Source: the human T2T-CHM13v2.0 reference genome, Homo sapiens. From it: 64,000 nucleotides of DNA. Shown piece after piece: positions 60,247 through 64,000 of the stretch. The translations under genes were made by a program, and so were the position numbers. Positions within the stretch are counted from its first letter, which is position 1. Every line of letters begins with the position of its first letter. Location of the stretch: NCBI RefSeq assembly GCF_009914755.1, contig NC_060937.1; one strand, given 5' to 3'. A model generated the notes under the pieces. That model searched no databases and was not told where the DNA came from. It saw only the letters and a program-made list of their open reading frames with translations.

Positions 60247-60461
60247 GAAGCTCAATGGAAGTTGTGGAAATAGCTAAGCAAATACAACCAAAACAGTTGC
60301 TTTCATCTTTTGTTAATGTCAGCTCCATCTTCTTCAGTTGGGAGCCTGAAGACAATAATCCCAAAATATGTAGTTTGATACAGTTTCAGTCACTGTTCAT
60401 ATGTTGTTTCTCCTCTAATACCAGTTTTGTCCTGTGGAACTGCTTGGCCACTCTTCATTGA
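60247..60461 (+). pseudogene. Candidate terminal exon (3' end unknown)
   Basis: Branch point ctaac (60215-60219), tract ctctcttgtcattcttccag. No strong donor downstream. The end is set at the stop of the local ORF. Confidence 0.3.
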
Positions 60462-60879
60462 GAAAGAGGGTCTCTAAATTCCCACCCAGAGTGTACTCCT
60501 ATTTTGTAAGTCATATAGCTGCAGGAAATATATATTCTTAGCTTATGAAATCATTTAACAGCAAAAATTAATAGTTGCAAAACAACAAAATTTGCAGAGT
60601 ATGTAATACTTTTGAAGTTTCTCCTAGTATATTATCAGTTTTGATTCTAAATAACTCAAAAAGTAAACCAGGCTGTCTTTTTGTGTATGAGGAATATCAT
60701 TAAAAGAAGGTCATTGACTTTACCAAAGACATAGATTCATAGACTCTTAGATTTACGCAGTCTCTTTTAGGTACAGTGACCACATTTTCATTGTATCTTA
60801 TAGAAAAGGGCCCTGTTAATAATTTTTCTAAAGCAACAGGCAAAACTAGAAATTTCTTTGAAAATCAAAATACATAGTC

Positions 60880-61330
60880 ATCTTTTAAAAATCATCTAGT
60901 CAGTGATATTTTTCCAGACTCATCCACGATAATTATTTAGTTTTGTTTAGATAATTCTAATGATGGGAGAAAGCATATTTTGCACAAGTTAATCCTTTAA
61001 TGGATTTTTTTGCTTCTTAAATATTTTTATTTATATTTATCCAGAATTTTCACCCTTTTATCTTTCACCCCCGATCTTAATTTTAGCCTCTGAAACAAAT
61101 TCCCACATGAGAATCCTTTAAATATATAAATAGAATACTCACACCTCTCCCAACCTTATTATTTGTAGTTCTCATTTCCATCACCTCCACATTTTTCCCA
61201 TTGTCCTTTATGAAGCATAAATTTCAGACACCTTAACAGTATTGAGACCCTCCCTTAAATGTACTTCAGTGTTGTTGGTTTTCTTCCCCCCATGGATCTT
61301 TTAAAAATGTATCATTTAGGAAGACTACAA
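60880..61330 (-). mobile_element. Possible L3/CR1 remnant
   Basis: Degenerate resemblance only (catctagtcag...ttatatttatccagaattt...ttagcctctgaaacaaa). Confidence 0.35.
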
Positions 61331-64000
61331 TAAAACCAACCAGTGGAACCATAATCAATTATATTTGAGTATTGGTAGTTTTAGGACTGTTTACAGTTTA
61401 ACGTTAGCTGATAATGGTTGGCATCCTACTCTCATGACAAAGGCTGGTTATTTTGTGGGAGTCATTGTGGATTGCAGACATCCGCCCTTGGTGATAACCA
61501 CACTGCCTGTTTCTCTGACAGGAATAGTGCTCTCCTCCTGCCTCTTGCCTTCCACCCTCCTCTTGATCCTGTGACAAAGACTCTTAATTCTACAATCATC
61601 TCTCCTGTTTAGTCAAAAGCAAAGTCTCCTTAGAATGAGCTACTCAGCTTCTGTAGTCTCACTAGAGCTGAGGCATCTTTGCCTTGGCAACTGGGGAAAT
61701 TTCTAGGATCTCCCTTAGAGGATTCCTTTTTTGGTTGCTCCAGCCAGAAGCCTCCCTTCAGACTTCTGGCAGGGGAAAGAAAGCAGACATCAGTCTGTAT
61801 GTTCATATGTGCATCAACCTCTATTAAGCCCACATCATTCTGTTCTAAGGTTGTCTAGTGCAAAACCTCACAGCTGCTGCAGTGCCACAGCTTAGTAAAT
61901 ATCCTGATAAGCAGAGAGATGTTAGGCTCACCCTCTTGCAGGAAATCACCATTTCTACTGCAAAAATTCACTTGAAAGACTCTCTTCTTTTACTTTTCTA
62001 GTCTTATACAACCTGTAAAGTAGGGTGCTTGACCAGTGTTGCTACCCTTTAGTAGATGCTGCATGGCTTTATTCTAACACCATTCTTTGGAATAGGTAGG
62101 TATTTAATACCTATTCTCTGCAGCTTTTGACTTTCACTGCAAATTAAAAAAAAATACATTTACATTTTTATATACTACCTTCTACTTAATAGCACATGGA
62201 AAAAGACTAAAAACCATTAACCTTAATCTATGTACAAATCATGGGAAAAATAGAGTTGTAGTAAGAGATGCTGAAACAGTCCTTTGTACCTCAGTTCCCC
62301 ACTGTTATGGAAAATATTTAACAGCATGAAAACAACTTAATAGTCATAGACTCACTGGTCCCATCATTTCAACTCCTGAGTGCATCCATCCTAAATGTGT
62401 TTATATAATCCTTATTTCTATAGGATTTTCAGTATGAAAGAAAAATCAAAATGCATGACTAGCACAATGCTGTCAATATGACACCATGTAAATCTAATCC
62501 ACGTTGTTGGGGAAAAAATCAACTTCTTTATAGTCGAATAGCTCTTAAATAATAAAGTTTACTTTGGATAATTAATCATAAGAATCCTGCTTACACATCT
62601 CAACCCTAATCTTATAAATCATATCACATCTTCTTTTCATTTAGTAAGAATCTAGATGATTTGTATAACTTTTGTTGATTTATGGTTTTAAAGTAGAGCT
62701 CTCGAAGGGCTCAGTTAACATGGAAATCAATAATTGCTGAAGCTAAAAGGGCACTGTATAGGTGAATTTCCTTCTCTCCCTACAATGCTCTGCAGTACAC
62801 AATTTCCTGTGTTTCTCCAGATATGTTGCTTGAGCATTACCATGGAATTAGCAACCAAGAGTTCCTCATCTTAAAATCTAATTGGGCTTTAATTCTTATG
62901 ATTAGTACTGTTAATCTGATTATTAACAAATATTTATTTCCCAAAACCTAGCCTTAAGAAATTAAAAAAAAAACTTCAGAATTGTCAGGGGAAATTAAAA
63001 TTTATGGATTCTCTTGATCTATATTAATACTACTCAGTTCCCAAGTGCCCTAGATGAGTTACTATACTTCAGATGATGCTCATTTAAACAAAATGTTTAC
63101 AGTGTGTTAACTCATATTCTCCACTGTTCCATTAAATATTTGAGATGGTTTACAAAACATATGTAACTCAGCAACATAGCATTCATAGTTGAGTAAGTAA
63201 AAGACAAAACAATGAGTAAATTTAGCTGAGGTAATTAATTAATGGAGAGAGGATTAAGATTATAAAGTATCTTTTTACAAAGAATCTACAGTGTTACAGT
63301 AGGTCTAAACCTACCTTTTTTGGAAGAATTTTATCCATACCAGAAGGAGAAAATGTATTTATGTCACAAATATTCTTCAATAGGAAAATGTTATTATTAT
63401 ACTTTTCAAAATAAGTCACTTAAGTTTCCAAATAAGTCACTAAGTGTTTAAAACATTTAACACGTTTTAAAATTTTTACTGTAAGCAAATTTTTTAAAAG
63501 GCATAATATGAGATAATTGCAATACACAACATATCTGTGCTTTCCTTTTTATTTTCCTTGATAAAAATAGACAATAACTGTGATTATAGTCCATAAGATA
63601 ACCCTTATAAACTTTCAAAGTTTGTAATCACCTCTTCCTTGACACTTCAAAAGATATCTTTCTGTTCTTTGAATTTTGTATATATTCCATTTTAATGTAA
63701 TTGGAGATTTTGAGCTTCTTCACAATTCCTTCTAAGTTTTCAGTAAGCATACTAAATTGTGGATCCAAGATCTGACTCCTGGAATACTTCTTAGGAGCTG
63801 ATAGCTGATAGGCTTATCACTGAATTTTTCCCAGGGATATTGAATCATTCCTGATTTTTGATCTTTCCCTAAAGAATCTTCTTCCAGGGTGAATAAACAG
63901 CCAATCTGTGCTTAATTCCACTATTTAGAGACTCATAGCCAAGATTTTTCTTAAATTGCCCATACGTGCCTTCATGTGTAAAGATGCCTTTCTAATGTGA

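Overview
AT-rich primate (catarrhine, probably human) genomic DNA; AluY elements are present. There is no intact protein-coding gene, RNA gene or CRISPR array, and the supplied ORFs are repeat-derived or chance. Roughly half of the window is interspersed repeat: old L1M tracts, L1MA/L1PB/L1PA insertions with visible target-site duplications (TSDs), seven Alus, MaLR and ERV solo LTRs, and L2, MIR and L3 remnants. The most interesting non-repeat signal is a chain of short, phase-compatible + strand exon candidates at about 16.5-60.3 kb. When spliced, they translate into repeated FGF/fascin-like beta-trefoil motifs with in-frame stops and two apparently mutated acceptors, suggesting an unprocessed (unitary) pseudogene or lncRNA. 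This is pattern-based inference and needs a homology search. Other oddities: an unidentified CpG-rich ~350 bp insert with a 40-bp duplication, a twin-primed L1, two independent same-family solo LTRs, and several small tandem duplications. Repeat subfamily names are from memory of consensus sequences, and many repeat boundaries are approximate.
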